Positions 62,611 to 64,000 of a stretch of 64,000 nucleotides of DNA are shown piece by piece. The stretch is from Podarcis muralis (Eukaryota). Position 1 is the first letter of the stretch. Each line of letters starts with the position of its first letter. The notes under the pieces were generated by a model that saw nothing but the letters and a program-made list of their open reading frames with translations, was not told the DNA's origin and ran no database searches. A program made the position numbers and the translations under genes. The stretch is from the NCBI RefSeq assembly GCF_964188315.1, contig NC_135671.1:14508001-14572000 (forward strand), in the 5' to 3' direction.

Positions 62611-64000
62611 TCCAGAGGCTAAAGATTACTCACCTTCACCCCTGGCCTGGAACTCAGGCAAAGTTTCCAAATGGATCAAAATCAATGGGCTTGATTGTTG
62701 TATTTTGTATTGTTAAAACCCAATAAAATTTTATAATAATAAAAAAAAAATCAATGGGCTCAGAGGCCAAACAAGCCTGCCAAGAATATGCAGGATGATT
62801 CTGGGCACTTCAATCATTGCCTTGAATTTTTTTTCGCTCCCACCCCCTCCCCTCCTGCCTTCCCCCCACCTGAAATGCACAGAACTTTTAAAAACTTCTT
62901 TAAAAGGAAACACTAGCAATGTAATTAGGCCAGGCTTATCTTCAAGGGATTCCTCATGAGAAAATGGGTAATAATTCTATTAGAGTTTCACAGATTTGTG
63001 AATTGAAAATGCTGAAGCCTTAATCAAGCAAATGTCATGTGAAGATTACAGGTTCTCTGGAGGTCTTTGAAGCACTCCCATAATGAAATCATCAATGAGT
63101 TGAATCCCTGCAGCATCCTACAGTTTAAAAATAGGACTCGCTAAACTTTCAAAAGGCATAATTAATAGAGAGAGAGAAAGCAGCAGAGTTGATTACTGGA
63201 CCAGTTTAGCCAGACCCCTAAAAATGCTCTGAATTGCGGAAATGCTTATATAATATTCAGAACTGTCATCTCTGGCAAACATATTTAGCAACACCTCCTG
63301 CCCAACAACTCCATTTTAAAGAATATTCCTTTTGAGCAGCGTGGAATTTTGAATTTTGTAGCTAATCTAGTGGTAAAGAAATTATATAATTTTTGCAAAC
63401 AAGATTTGAGAATGGACCAGAAGTTTAGATGTGATTATGAATTGAATACTACTTAATTTCTATTTTGATTGCATATTGAAAACCCATGAATGCTAATGCA
63501 CTGCATTGGAACACCTGCAAACCAGCGGTACTCTATTCCTCCCACAACCCGGTGTGGTCTGGCAGGAGCTTGGAGGGATCTCTAGTTCCTGGTTCCAACT
63601 CCAGCATCATTTACTGGTACTAGAGTACCAGTTCCCAGGTAAGCATTGGGATGGACACTATTAAGCAACCAGTGGTGAGGACTGGAGAGATACTCATCAT
63701 TTCCCCCTCTGATCACTTCTCTGCAAAGTTGGGTCTGAGAGGGGAAGTGAAGCTTTACCAGAATCGGTAACTGATCGCAAGCTTGACCTGTCTATCACAG
63801 CAAGAACTCTCTCTCTTCAATGTCCCCATCCTGGTGTTTGCTCTACCTCTTTCTCCTCCTCTTGGCCTTTTCCTTACATGGAAAGACCAAAGACATTACT
63901 TTGCTTTTACCGGATTTTTATCTGTAGCATTTTTTACTTTATTTTCAGGAAATGAGTCACTCAGGTGCCAAATGTGCTTCAGGGGCGCCCTGTTTCAACC

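Overview
AT-rich, repeat-dense eukaryotic genomic DNA, almost certainly from a lacertid lizard (Podarcis/Lacerta/Zootoca type). This is inferred by eye from the Sauria SINE (Squam1), Squam3 CORE-SINE, BovB and lacertid-type MITE content; no database search was run. I recognise no known protein-coding gene, rRNA, tRNA gene or CRISPR array. The window reads as a large intron or intergenic region, and most ORF-track entries fall in repeats or are unsupported. The mobile elements include about 10 Sauria SINEs, 4 young Squam3 SINEs, 8 TA-flanked Tc1/mariner(pogo)-type MITEs, several hAT MITEs with 8-bp TSDs, a Tc2-like element with a palindromic minisatellite, 3 solo LTRs, BovB, L2-like and L1/Tx1 3' fragments, and several nested insertions. 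The most interesting observations are: (1) a fold-back Penelope-type terminus centred on a mutated minimal hammerhead ribozyme (about 19.65-19.92 kb); (2) chains of frame-compatible, splice-site-bounded candidate exons on both strands that match no protein I recognise (speculative); (3) a composite MITE that carries an L2 piece, present in three copies; (4) about 85-bp hairpin mini-elements that occur as adjacent pairs; and (5) repeat-free blocks resembling conserved enhancers.
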